64,000 bases of DNA from Mobula hypostoma (lineage: Eukaryota): assembly GCF_963921235.1 (NCBI RefSeq), contig NC_086097.1:83330001-83394000 (forward strand). The letters run 5' to 3'. The notes under the pieces are model-generated. The model saw only the letters and a list, made by a program, of their open reading frames with translations, was not told where the DNA came from and ran no database searches. Below are positions 38,567 to 50,379 of the stretch, in pieces (positions within the stretch are counted from its first letter, which is position 1; each line of letters starts with the position of its first letter). A program made the translations under genes and the position numbers.

Positions 38567-38944
38567 TGTGGAGAAAAAATTAAGTTTGAGGACTAAAAGT
38601 TAACAGAATCATGGGGATGGCATGATAAGAAGCAGGATTGGTCTATCTTGTACTAACAAATGATAGATCATGTCATTAATGAGGGACTGAGGCAACGTGA
38701 CTGATGTCTTGTTTTATACTCTGATCAATGAGGAACCGATTTTGTGTAAATTGCAGTAAGTGTCTTGAGACCTGCTGACCTAGTGTGATTAGATTTGCTG
38801 TATAAATTTGAACTGTAACCTTGCATTGGCAGAGTCATTGTTCCTTAGAAGGACAGCACCCCATGATGTCACGAAATAAAGGCAGTACAGTAACTAGTTT
38901 CGAGGTCTTTGCCTACCTTGTGTTTGATCCTAAATTCACTAACA
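38567..38944 (+). mobile_element. Solo LTR (378 bp) of an unrelated LTR element inserted into the Gypsy gag
   Basis: TG...CA ends, flanks tcca/ccca, TATAAA at 38801 and AATAAA at 38875. The gag frame (PTFLTVMG | AKTFNLLCSLMQPAEP) rejoins across it. Confidence 0.8.
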
Positions 38945-39122
38945 CCCATCACAGTCAGAAAAGTTGGATATGAATATCATTGGAAATTGGATTTGGCAGT
39001 GCAAAATATTCAAATCTTTCAGTATATGAACCACCTTTCTGTTGCTTAATCATATAAGCCCCATACTTCCAAATATTTTCAAACATAATCACATTCCAGA
39101 AAAGTTAACTATGTAGTCTTAT

Positions 39123-39338
39123 CCCTCTCTCTCTCCCCCTCTCCCTCTCTCTCCCCTCTCCCTCTCTCTCCCCTCTCCCTCTCTCCCCCTCACCCCCTCA
39201 CCCCCTCCCCCTCGCCCTCTCCCCCTCCCTCTCTCCCCTCTCCCCTCTCCCTTTCCCTCTCCTCTCTCCCTCTCCCTCTCCTCCCTCCCTCTCCCCTTCC
39301 CCTCTCCCCCACTTCCCCCTCCCTCTCCCTCTCCCCTT
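39123..39338. repeat. Polypyrimidine (CT/CCCT) low-complexity tract
   Basis: About 215 bp almost entirely C and T. Confidence 0.95.
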
Positions 39339-39518
39339 ATTGATTTTATTTAACCATTGTGTTCTCATTCTCTACCCTCGGATTCTTCACTCACCACACT
39401 TCCGAAGGCCATTTTCAAGCAACCAACAAGAATTCTGCAGATGCTGGAAATTCAAGCAACACACATGAAAGTTGCTGGTGAACGCAGCAGGCCAAGCAGC
39501 ATCTGTAGGAAGAGGTGC

Positions 39519-39554
39519 AGTCGACGTTTCAGGCCGAGACCCTTCGTCAGGACC
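39519..39554 (-). ncRNA. Minimal type I hammerhead ribozyme motif in a Penelope-like insert (39424-39555)
   Basis: The minus strand reads GGUC-CUGACGA-AGG-GUCUCGG-CCU-GAAAC-GUC-GACU; the core is identical to the 22896 copy. Confidence 0.8.
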
Positions 39555-39801
39555 TTTTTCAAGCAACACCTTCTTTTTGCTCACCTGCATTACACAGTGG
39601 TACACTACCGGCATTGCACACCAAAGGGAACAAAACAATAAATATCACATGAAGACTTATCAATTAGTCACCAGTTGTTATGTTTGTGGTACCGGGAAGC
39701 CGATTGACCGTGAATTACACACACGAGAGACGGGGAGGTGAGGAACAAATGTGTGGCTGATTATTTTGCTTGTAAGTCATCCACCCAGAATGCCTTCTCA
39801 C

Positions 39802-41612
39802 CAGGGCCGGACTTTAGGCAGGGCTAGGCTGGGCTGCAGCCCAGGGGCCCAAGCTGCAGAGGGGCCCAAAATAGGTAGCTATCATCATGGCGGACAAAAG
39901 AAAAAGGAGAGCGGAGCACAGAAAAGAAAAAAGAAACAAGAAAAAGAGGACCGTGAGAAAAAAGACATTGAAATTGACAGAATTTTTTAAACCTGTTCTC
40001 GATGATGCAGTAGTACCATCACTCTTGTCACAGTCTGAGACCGGTGGACAAACGGGGACTTGTTCAACAGCTAGCGCCAGCACCAGCGTTAGCACAGGAC
40101 CACCGTCCTTGCCACAGTCAGCAGCTAACGTTGAAGAGGCAGAGAGCATGACTTTGGGATTCCCGACCACAGAGGCCTCCGACAACCATGTTGGGCCGCC
40201 ATTAGTGTTAATGTTACCGCTACTGAGGATCCTTACAGCACTGATCCTGCTCACTGGGGAAAGGAAATGTTAGATGATTCAGTCCGAACGTACTGGGCTA
40301 AGAAAGGGCCAGAGTCCTGCCAGAATAAGGATGTGGATATCAAAGCTTTGGAACAAGTATACAAACAGCAGAGACTTTTTTTTTCTAAATTTCACTTCAA
40401 ACGCAAGCTCGTAAACGGTGAGTACATATCAAGGCAATGGCTCTTATATTCCCCTTTCCACCGGCTGTGTGTTTTGTTTTGCATGCCGCATCTTCAGTGA
40501 TGGTAACTGTCAGTCCATCTTCGAAACTGGCTTAACGACTGGAAACATGCCACTGAGCGCATAGGAGAGCATGAAAATAGCCAACACCACAGGAAAACGA
40601 TACTGACCTATGTTGCACTAGCATCTGACAGCGGAAGAATAGTTACAGAACTGCAAAAACAGTTCGAGTCAGAGTGTGTCTACTGGACCGACGTATTAAG
40701 AAGAGTGTTGGTGGTTGTGAAGTTTTTGGTCGAGAGGGGACTGGCTATCCGAGGCTCCAGTGACATATTTGGCAGGCCTGATAACGGCAACTACATAGGC
40801 TCAGATCCACAATGGGAGAGGACAGGCTGAGTCATCTTACTCTGATGTCACTTGAAAGTGATCTTATTCAGAAACTGGATTTTAGTGATCTGATCAAGGA
40901 CTTTGCTGCGAAGAAATCCAGAAGAACTAGGCTTTAATTTTGAAAAACAAGCATCTGACTTTGTAAATATCTAGGTTTGTGTGTCAGTGCTGTTCCTGTT
41001 TTTGTGGCAATAGGCTAATAGTTGACTGTTTACAAACTTAGTAAGTAATAAATGGTCTTTACTCTGCAAGCCACACAGTACAGCAATAGGTTAGTATGTG
41101 CTAGATCTCATTATTCAATAAGATTATTGGAGTATTGTCAAGTTTCCTGGTTTGCCATAGTGCCACCTCTCTTGGCCTTTTTGTCTCTCATTTCCATTTT
41201 ACTTTCTCAGAACACACGGTTGAGAAAAATACCTGGATAAAATTGCTTTGGCATCGTTTGAGGAATAAGGCCTATGGAATGTGCAGCAATAGCTAAATAA
41301 GGATTTAAGATTGGGTACATAATACTTTGTTCCCTCATGACTTTACTAAGCCAAAAAAGCCTAGGTCAATTTTTGAGTGCTTTAGATGCTGTCCTTCAAA
41401 CTAAGAATCTGCATTACTTTCTGTCCTCCCTCTTAAGGCCTGTAAGTTTATAGCCTACGTATTGTACTAAACCAATGTATTGGCCCACAGCTTTGATATT
41501 TAGACCAGTACGACCTTTGCTCTTGTTCTTGCCTTTTTTTGCTTGGTACAGCAGCATTTTACAGTGTTGGCGGGGGCCCATCAGGGCCTCCAGCCCAGGG
41601 GCTCCGGCCCTG
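39802..41612 (+). mobile_element. hAT (Tip100/ZMYM1-like) transposon, internally deleted, inserted in the Gypsy LTR
   Basis: Perfect 10-bp TIR CAGGGCCGGA/TCCGGCCCTG and perfect 8-bp TSD CTTCTCAC (39794-801 and 41613-620). Remnants: RQWLLYS..VFCFAC (TTF-type Zn finger), NDWKH, RGLAIRG..DNGNY, joined at about 40800 to the C-terminal RSTMGEDRLSHLTLMSLE. Confidence 0.93.
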
Positions 41613-41764
41613 CTTCTCACAGTACGTTCAGTACATACCACACAGAGAGGCTTGACTGCAACCCATAAGAGCCAAAATAGACATGAATACATAACGTTTC
41701 TATACGATATCTTTATGAGACTCAGTGAGGCCAAGGTTAACTTATCTATGAAGTTGTTTATGGT

Positions 41765-41902
41765 GAGAAACCGGGGGAGTTATGGTGAGAAGGTGGGGGA
41801 GTGGGACTAAATGGGAGAATGGATCAGCTCATGATAAAGTGGCGGCGCAGACTCGGTGGGCCGAATGGCTGACTTCTACTCCTTTGTCTTATGGTCTTAT
41901 GG
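41765..41902 (+). mobile_element. CR1 3'-end fragment
   Basis: gggagttatggtgagaagg...gggccgaatggc...(tcttatgg)n tail. Confidence 0.75.
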
Positions 41903-42904
41903 TGATGTAAGGTGGAAAATGTACTATTTTCCAGATTCTAAGTAACCACACTTGAGATGTGTGCCACTTTTTGGATACAATTATTTGACGTTCCATGATT
42001 GTGACTGCAGCATCCAGTCTCAAAACCCTTGTGAAATCAATCCTTTTGTGCAGGAGCTGGCTTCCATTGTCTCAGCAGTCTTCCTCAGAAGGCTCCAAAA
42101 ACTCATCAGTACATCACAGGTTAATGGTCCCAAAGGTTCAGTGTCTGAGCCGAGCTCGGAAGACGGCTCTCCACTTCTGACCTTATCACCATCTGCCCGT
42201 CTTGAATTGCTCAGTGTAAGTCACCAATTGAGAGCTCGATTCTTATGAGATTCCACAACTTTATAAGTATCTGAGCTGGCAAATGGGAACATGCATACTC
42301 AGGCATTCCGTTTCTTCTCATGGATCAACTCCAGATATGATGGACCCGAATGACATGAAAGGCATGTTAGTCTTGTAAGGTGGCCGTATGTTTGGCCATG
42401 ATGCACGGAGCTGTGGTATCTGTCAAAGCTGTGGATTGGACTTTGTTGTCTTTTTGGATCATAGGGAAGATTTGGGGAACAGAAAGAAGAATTTGAAGTC
42501 AGGTTAGGATTTATGGACAGGAATGAAGGAAAGTTAGAGGTCAGGTCAGACTCTAGGTCCTCGCTCGATGCTCCACGATGTGCGTTTGAGAGCCAGCAAC
42601 GTGGGCATGGGAAGAGGACTTTTGTGGTTGGATGTTAGGCTGGCAGACAAGTGAGAAACAGGGCTGGTGCCCCCCTACCCCTGGTCAGCAAGTCATCAGT
42701 GTGTTTTGGGATTGGAGTTCCATGATGGCAAGAGGTATGATGGCCGGTAACTCCCTAGGCACATGAATAGGAGAGACCAAAGATTGAGGCCAAGTGTTCG
42801 GGGTCCCAGTCATCAGAGAATTTGGAGTTCGGTGTTTTTATTCAAGATCCTCGTTCTTTGTCATCAGTGAGTTCTAGAAACACTACTGAAGATTGAACCC
42901 CAAA

Positions 42905-43290
42905 GGTCAAAGTTCAAAGTAAATTACTTGTATGTCACCATATACAACCCTATAATTCATTTTTTTACAGGTATGCTCAATAAATCCAATAGCCATAATA
43001 GAGTGAATGAATGTCCAAACCCCAACAGGGAGGTCAACCAGTGTGCAAAAGATAACAAACTCTGCAAATACAAAATAGAAAAAGAAGAAATAATAATAAA
43101 TAAATAAGCAATAAATATCAAGAACATAAGATGAAGAATCCTTGAAAGTGAGTCCATAGGTTGTGGAAACTGTTCAGTGATGGGGCAAGTGAAGTTATCC
43201 TAACTGGTTCAAGAGCCTGATGGATGAGGATTAATAAATGTTCCTGAACCTGGTGGTGTGAGTCCTGAGGCTCCTGTGCCTTCTTCCTGG
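42905..43290 (-). mobile_element. Rex1/Babar-like LINE 3' fragment
   Basis: Closely similar to 46050-46460 (tatgtcaccatata.aaccct..attcat...tgagtccataggttgtgg). Confidence 0.75.
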
Positions 43291-44154
43291 TGGCCGTAAT
43301 GAGAAGAAGTCAATCAGAAGTCCAGAATTCAAGACCTGATGTTCAAAGCCCTGAGCCTGTGAGTCCACGGGGGAAGTCAAAGGCTTCTGCAATGTCTGCA
43401 AGTCACGAGTCCATTGGTGGTTGGACAGCTGGTATTGGAGTTGAAAGATTGACTATGTGTGTGGATATGTTGATGTCTGGTGTGAGGAAGGAACTGGACT
43501 TGCTTTGCTGTTGTTGTTTTGTTGTTGTTCTGCTGTTGTTGCTGCTGTTGCTTATGTTATTCTGCAAACATGGTGGACGTGTTGGGGCCAGAATGCATGG
43601 CAACACTTGTGGAATACCCCCACTGTAATCTTAGTGGTTGTTAACACAAACAACACATTGCACTGTATGTTTCAATGTACATGTGATAAATAAATGAATC
43701 CAAACTTGAATGTAGAGTGAACTATGCTTGACAATGATTATACTTCACACAGTTGAAGTTGTATCATCTTGACTGGTATATGATGTGAATGATGGACGTT
43801 TAGTTGTGTTGCTGGGATGTCTTCAACTTCATTCCCAAGGTCAATGAAACACTATCAACCTTCATTGCTGTCTCATCTAATTTGTAGCTGCATAATTGCA
43901 GATGCAATCTTCCACCTCTTTCTTTCTTTGTGATGTTGTCTGCAATAAAGAATAGAGCCATGAGCATCGTAATGTGCATGTAACCTGATGTGTGAAATTG
44001 ATTTGGTGAGAATGGAAATGAGTTAAAGGCAAAGCACTGAGAGCTAGTGGGAATGATCAATGGATTTGTTTCTTAAAGATTTAAGGAGAAGGATGTGTGT
44101 ACATCTTGCGTAAGTAGATGTGGAAAATGATAGGAGAAAGTTTGAGTCTAGGGT

Positions 44155-44662
44155 AACAAACACGAAGTGCTGGAGGAACTCAGCATGTCAGGCAGCATCT
44201 ATGGAAATGAATAAGCTGTCGTCGTTTCATACCGAGACCCTTCTTCAGTACTGGGAAGTAAGGGGGAATATGCCAGAATAAAACACTAGGGGGAGAGGAA
44301 GGAGGATAGCTAGAAAGTGATAGGTGAAGCCAGGTGGGTAGGAAATATAAATGGCTGGAGAAAAAGGAATCTGATAGGAGATGCGAGTGAACCACGGGAG
44401 AAAGGGAAGGAGGAGGGGATCTGGGGGGGGGGTGGTGATAGGCAGGTGAGAAGAGGTAAGAGGCCAGAATGGGGAATAAAAGAAAAGGGGAGGGGGAGGG
44501 AATTTTAACCGGAAGGAGAAATTGATATTCAGGCCGCCAGGTTGGAGGCTACTCAGGCGGAATATAAGATGTTGCTCCTCCACACCTAGGCACAAGAGGA
44601 GATCGGGACCGACATGTCGGAATGGGAATGGAAATCGGAATTAAAATGTTTGGCCACTGGGT
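44155..44662 (-). mobile_element. Penelope-like element 3' fragment (GIY-YIG C-terminus plus terminal repeat with a mutated hammerhead)
   Basis: ORF 44245-44595 has EEQHLIFRLSSLQPGGLNINFS. The terminal motif ctgaagaagggtctcggtatgaaacgac is on the minus strand. Confidence 0.8.
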
Positions 44663-45294
44663 CTAGGTTGATGCACACGGCAGTACATGAAATTGTATGG
44701 ATGAATTTACAGAGTAGTACAAGCCAGTTTACAGTTCAGTTTCTTATTTGTATACATGAATATTCTCTTATAGAAGTATAACATGTCTTATCAAAAACAA
44801 CTTAATTTTCTTTCCATGAGCAAGCATGGACTAACCTTTAAGCTCTGTATTCAGCCTTACAAAATCCATTAGAAAGAAGATAATAATGACAAACTTTCCC
44901 AAAGGAATGATAAAATGGGCTGATGCTCTGATGCTGAACTGGTCCCTTTCTGAACTCACAAGCAATGTGACTGATTCGGCTACCACAAAGAAATGTTAGT
45001 GCTGCTTCGTTTCATTTACAATAAGCATAACAGCAAGAAATGCCATATTTCTGTGGGAAAACCAAAAGAAGCGAAATATTGGTAAACCCAGGAGATTCTG
45101 CAGATGCAGATACTGATGCTGGAAATCTAGTGCAGCACACATAAGATGCTGGAGGAAGCTGAGTTACTGCTTGGTTTTATTCTAAGAAGTAATATCAATT
45201 AGAGAAATATACATGCAAATCCATAACTGCAGACATTTCAGAATTCTACAACCAGAAAGGGAAAAAAAGTAATTTTCCAGGCTTTGCAGAGAAA

Positions 45295-45547
45295 CAACTT
45301 GGAGAATATTCTTTAGCCAAAGGGTGGTGAATTTGTGGAATTTGTTGCCACATGCAGCTGTGGAGGCCGGTTTGTTGGCGTATTTAAGGCAGAGATTGAT
45401 AGGACGTGGCATCAAAGGTTACAGGGAGAAGGCCGGGAACTGGGTTGAGGAGGAGATAGAAATAAAGGATCAGCCATGATTGAATGGCGGAGCAGACTCA
45501 ATAGGCCAGGTGGCCTTATTCTGTTCCTATGTCTTATGGTCTTATGG
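45295..45547 (+). mobile_element. CR1 3'-end fragment
   Basis: ttctttagccaaagggtggtgaatttgtggaatttgttgcc...(tcttatgg)n; same family as 37447-37960. Confidence 0.85.
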
Positions 45548-46049
45548 AGAACATTTATGAAATATCGGACTGATTTTTTTTTAAACCAAACTCGGTGAAC
45601 ATGGCATCGTTGATATTTTCATTAAAGTTACTGATTGCACTTTCTTTCATCTGGCTGCCTGTAGGAACTCACTTCCTTTCATCCAGTTACTGCCTTTCTA
45701 TTGCATTGAACACCTTGCTCTCCAGTGCTTCTAATATTTATTCTCTTTTCCTCATCACTTTACCAGGCCTTTGACCACATGCAACCCCATTCTCACACTT
45801 CTGCCTTGCCCCTTCACTTCCCCTGATCCTCAATTTCCAACACACCAGTCTGCAGCACGTAACTTTTCACCTCCGTACAACACAGTCAAGAGCCCCCAGT
45901 GCTACTTCAAAGTAAAACCTGAATACACATAGTTTCAAATACAGGTACCGTACTTTGGCCCAAATAATTTGATAGGATGCTAGTAATTCATTTGGAAGGT
46001 TTACCAAGCCTGTGTAAGTTTTAAAATTTTATGCTTTTGTATAACATTT

Positions 46050-47385
46050 GAAGTAAATTTATTATCAAAGTATGTGTATGTCACCATATATAACCCTGAG
46101 ATTCATTTTCTTGCGGGCATTTGCAGTAAGTACAAGAAACAGAATAGAATTGATGAAAGACTGCACCCAACAGGACGGACAAACAACCAGTGTGCAAAAG
46201 ACAACAAGCCATGTAAATACAGACAGAAAAGAAAGAAAAAAAAGAGAAATAATAAATAAACAAATAAGCAAGCAGTAATTGTCAAGAACATGAGATGAAT
46301 TATGCTTGAAAATGAGTCCATAGGTTGTGGGAACAGTTCAGCGATAGTGTGAGTGAAGTTGGGTGAACTTATCCCCTTGGATTCAAGAGCCTGATTGTTG
46401 AGAAGTAATAGCTGTTCCTGAACCTGGTGCTGTGAGTCCTGCAGCTCTTTACCTTCTTCCTGATAGCAGCAGCAAAAAGAGAGTATGGCCTGGGTTGCGG
46501 GGGTTCTTGATGATAGATGCTTCTTTCCTGCAACAGTGCTCAGTGTAGATGTGCTCATTGGTGAGGAGGACTTTACCTGTGATGGACTGTGCCATATCCA
46601 CTCATTTTTGTATGCTTTTCTATTCAAGTGATGCAGCCAGTCAATGTGATCTCCACCACACATCTATAGAAGTTTGTCAAGGTTTTAGATAACATGCCAA
46701 ATCATTTTAAGCTTCTAACACTGTAGAGGCACTGCCATGCTTTCTTCATAATGGCATGTGTGCTGGATGCAGGACAGAGACTCTGAAATAATAACGCTGA
46801 AGAATGTAAAGTCGCTGACCCACTCCACCTCTGATCACTGGCTCATGGACCTCTGGTTTTCTCCTCCTAAAGTCAATAATCTGCTCCTTGGTCTTGCTGA
46901 GATTGAGTGAGAGGTTGTTGTTGTGGCACCACTCAGCCAGGTTTTCAATCTCCTTCCTATATGCTGATTCGTCACCATCTTTGATTTGGCCTACAGTAGT
47001 GGTGTCATCAGCAAACATAAATATGGCATTGGAGCTGTGCTTAGCCTCACAGTCATAAGTGCAAAGCGAGTAGAGCAGGGGACTAAGGACACAGTTTTAT
47101 GATGCACCTGTGCTGATAGAGATTGAGGGGGAGATGTTGTTGCCAATCCGAACTGACTGGGATCTGCAAGGTGAGAATCCGGTTGTACAAGGAGGTATTG
47201 AGGTCTCAGTCTTAAAGCTAATTGATTAGTTTTGAGGAGGTGACAGTATTGAATACTGAGCTGTAGGCAATGAAGGACATTCTGATGTAGGCATCTTCAC
47301 TGTCCATGTGCTCCAGAGTTGAGTGAAGAGCCAACAAAATGACATCGGCTGTGGACTTGTTGTGACAGTAGGCAACCTGATGGTC
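46050..47385 (-). mobile_element. Rex1/Babar-like LINE, RT to 3' end, degraded
   Basis: Minus-strand ORFs 47218-47439 (STADVILLALHSTLEHMD..YIRMSFIAYSSVFNT) and 46746-47018 (FADDTTTVG..DESAYRKEIENLAEWCHNNNLSLNLSKTKE). Confidence 0.88.
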
Positions 47386-48396
47386 ACTGTCAGTCCCCTG
47401 GGTTGCTCGGCTGGCTTCTTTACGAAGCCAATGATCCAAGTGAACCTCTGAAGCTTCTCAACCATTGTTTTCAGAAACCTACCCTCTGAACTTGCACTTG
47501 CATCAAATCCAATTGCATGGCACGGTTGTGAGGGAGGTTTCAAGTAAAGTTGAACCGAGCACCCCTGTTCCATCTAACTGGGGGATTAGTCAAGGAAGAG
47601 TGGACATAGTCCCATAGAAATTCCAGACCATGGGATTTGCTGCTTGCAATATGTTCTCCTGTACATTGGGAAGTTCAAGTGCAGCCTGACTGATCTATTT
47701 GCTTCCAGTTGAAAAATTGACTTTGTGCTTCTGACAACTGGGCTCTTCAGTTCTCTGGTCCATTATAATCTCTGCATCATGGTCCTCCTATTCTAATGAA
47801 ACTGAAAGGAAGCTTCAGAAGAAACATCTACACCCTTCCCTCCACCCTTTCAAATGAGCACTCTATGAGCTCAACATTGAGTTGACAATTTCTGCTCTCA
47901 ACGCATGCTCCAAGACTCTCGCAGAGCAGAAGTTTGGAATCAGTCTGCTCTGCACACTCCCACTTCCTCTCCATCCTTTCTTGTTTCGTTGCCATGTCAG
48001 AATGTTCCTTTGACTCTAAGTGCCATCTTTTTCTATGTCAAATCATCCCTGCTATCCGCCCTAACATAGGCACACCATGTTGTCCTTATCACCACTGCAC
48101 CCACTGACCACATCCCACCCTGCCCCTGGAAGTGAAAAATCTTACATATATAAAACTATGCAGTTCTGATGAAAGATGGTTGACCTGAAACTACACCTTT
48201 GGCAGGCTGCCCAAAAGCCCCATTCATGAAAATTGCTGAAGAAAATATTTCGAAGCTGATCAAACCACACGGTCCAATTTAGCCATGTGTCAAAGCTGTG
48301 AAACACTGCCAGAAATGCTGTAGAACAATTCTCTTTTTTTAATTTAGAATACTGTACCACAACACAAAGAAAGCTAATTATAGTAGCACATCAATG

Positions 48397-48546
48397 CACA
48401 CAAAATGCTGGAAGAACTCAGCAGGCCAGGCAGCATCTATGGAAAAAAGTACAGTCGACGTTTCGGGCCATGGTCTCAAAAGCATCAGCTGTACTTTTTT
48501 CCATAGATACTGCCTGGCCTGCTGAGTACCACCAGCATTTTGTGTG
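48397..48546. repeat. Inverted duplication (hairpin) of the Penelope-like terminal repeat
   Basis: cacacaaaatgctgg..actcagcaggccaggcagcatctatggaaaaaagtacag pairs with ctgtacttttttccatagatactgcctggcctgctgagt..ccagcattttgtgtg. Confidence 0.9.
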
Positions 48547-48764
48547 TGTTGCTCAGATCTCTTCTTTGTGAAGATACCACGTACTTGAATCCCACATGAC
48601 CATTCTCTGCTCTTAATGAGTGAAAAACTGTCCGCACATTGTCTGGCCTGGTACATATTCTTCATGTGGACCGCTGTTCCACTGCTGCAAATTTTGCACT
48701 GTTGAGAACCAGCAGTAAACAGCTTCCAGCATGTTTTGTGCACATGTACAAATAACCCCAAATC

Positions 48765-49940
48765 ATCTTGCTACCTGTACTCATTGTAGGTTGCCTACCG
48801 TCACAACAGGTCTACAGCGGACACAATCTTACTGACTCTCCACTCTGCTTTGGGGCACCTAGACAACAGCAAAACTTTCATCCGGCCATTGTTAATAGAT
48901 TGCAGTTCTGCATTCAATATCATTATTCCCTCAGTATTAATCACCAAGTTTCTAAACCTGGAATTCTTCACTTTTCTCTGCAAATGGATCTTTAACTTCC
49001 TTATGGGAAGACTATAGTCAGTACAGATTGTTAACCACATCTCCTGATCATCAACACAGCAGACCTCGTGGATTCATGCTTAGCCCCACTGCTGTACTCA
49101 CTCTACATGACTGTGTGGCTAAGAGCAGCTCAAAGGCCATCTATAAATATGCAGATGACACTGCCATTGTTATTGAAATTTCAGATGGTGCTGAGGCATA
49201 TAGGAGTGAGATAGTTCAGTTCAGTAGTTGCACTCAACATCAGACCAAGACCAAGAAATTGATTGTAGACTTCAGGAAAGGGGAAGTCAGGAGAACACTA
49301 GTCCTCATTGATGGCTCGGTGGTGAGAAGGGTAAGCAGCTTTAAGTTCCTGGGTACCAACATCTCTGAGGACCCATCCTGCGCTCAGTGCATTGATGCAA
49401 TCACAAAGAAGATACAGCAGCAGCTCCACTTCATTAGGAGCTTGAGGGCATTTGGTATGTCACCAAAGACTCTTGTAAATTTCTATAGGTGTGCATTCTG
49501 ACTGGTTGCATCACCTTCTGATGTGGAGGCAACAATGCACAGAATTGGAAAAAGCAGCAAAGAGTTGTAGCTCCATCACGAGCATAACCCTCCACACTAT
49601 CAAGGATGTCTTAAGGAGACAGTTTCTCAAGAAGGCAGCATCCACCATTTAGGGACTCTCACCACCGGGACATGCCTCCTCTCATTACTACTATCAGAAA
49701 AGAACTACAGGAGCCTGAGAACCCACACTCAATGTTTTGGGAAACAGCTTCTTCTCTTTCTGCCGTCAGCTTTCTGAACAGTCCATCAACTCATGAAACT
49801 TACCTCGTTATTTTGTTTTGTAATACTTATTTTGTTCTTTATATTAATTTTATGTCTTTGCATTGTACAGTTGTTGCAAAACAGCACATTTCATATAACA
49901 TAAGACAGTGATAATAAACCTGCTTTTGATTTTGATTCTG
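48765..49940 (+). mobile_element. Rex1/Babar-like LINE RT to 3' end, degraded
   Basis: ORF 49028-49501 (HDCVAK..IYKYADDT..KTKKLIVDFRK..VSSFKFLG). Ends with aataaacctg..(tgattc) tail. Confidence 0.85.
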
Positions 49941-50181
49941 ACTGATGTTTTCCGAAAATCTTGAAATCTTTGTTTATATGGGTAGTTGCAGCAATTTTTT
50001 GCTCTATTCTGAAGTGATTTTCTAGAAAGCAGTGAAATGTAGTTTTTCCCATTGGAGAAGCCCAATACTTCTTCTCTTCAAACAGCAACCAGAGTATTTT
50101 TGCAATGACTATTTTTTTTACTCTGATGTACCACTCATACCATCTAACCCTATTCAACCACTTTAACTCTCTCCTGTGCAG

Positions 50182-50379
50182 ACCCCGTTTTTCCAGCCAT
50201 CGGTGGCTTGGGCTGTTTGGCAAGAGGTCAGATTCGAGCACACGGTGATCACTGGCGAGAAGATGACTGTACTTTCTGCCAGTGCGTCAATGGGGAACAT
50301 CACTGCGTAGCTATGGCTTGCAAGCAGACATGTCAGAATCCAGTCAAAATACCAGGGGAGTGCTGCCCTTTCTGTGAAG
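50182..50379 (+). CDS. CRIM1: CRIM1-like coding exon, second VWC domain (exon 7 equivalent)
   Basis: tgcAG acceptor at 50180-1 and GTAAG donor at 50380. 198 bp, phase 1/1. Encodes DPVFPAIGGLGCLARGQIRAHGDHWREDDCTFCQCVNGEHHCVA...PVKIPGECCPFCE; the HGDxWREDDCTFCQCVNGE motif is diagnostic of CRIM1. Confidence 0.93.

Larger units (their letters stand above)
35407..41696 (-). mobile_element. Decayed Gypsy/Ty3 LTR retrotransposon with both ~200-bp LTRs (35407-35606; 39676-39801 + 41621-41696)
   Basis: The LTRs align as direct repeats (tgtt..gtttgtgg...gaggaacaaatgtgt...cttgtaagtcat...catgaatacataa). PBS-like tggtgac lies next to 39675. Minus-strand remnants: gag (38073-38560 with a CxxC knuckle), protease (36941-37324), integrase C-terminus (35826-36446: FLLTYHSTPHTTT, GP.LYTV, WRRHVD). 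Confidence 0.88.

Noticed and set aside
41950..42450. Coding-like segment, possibly the C-terminus of an L1/Tx1-like ORF2 on the minus strand
   Set aside because: Only vague motif resemblance across broken frames; too weak to list as a feature.
43290..43628. ORFs with poly-Leu/Cys or poly-Gln/Asn stretches resembling a signal peptide or TM segment
   Set aside because: They come from a (TTG/CTG)n microsatellite within repeat-derived sequence.
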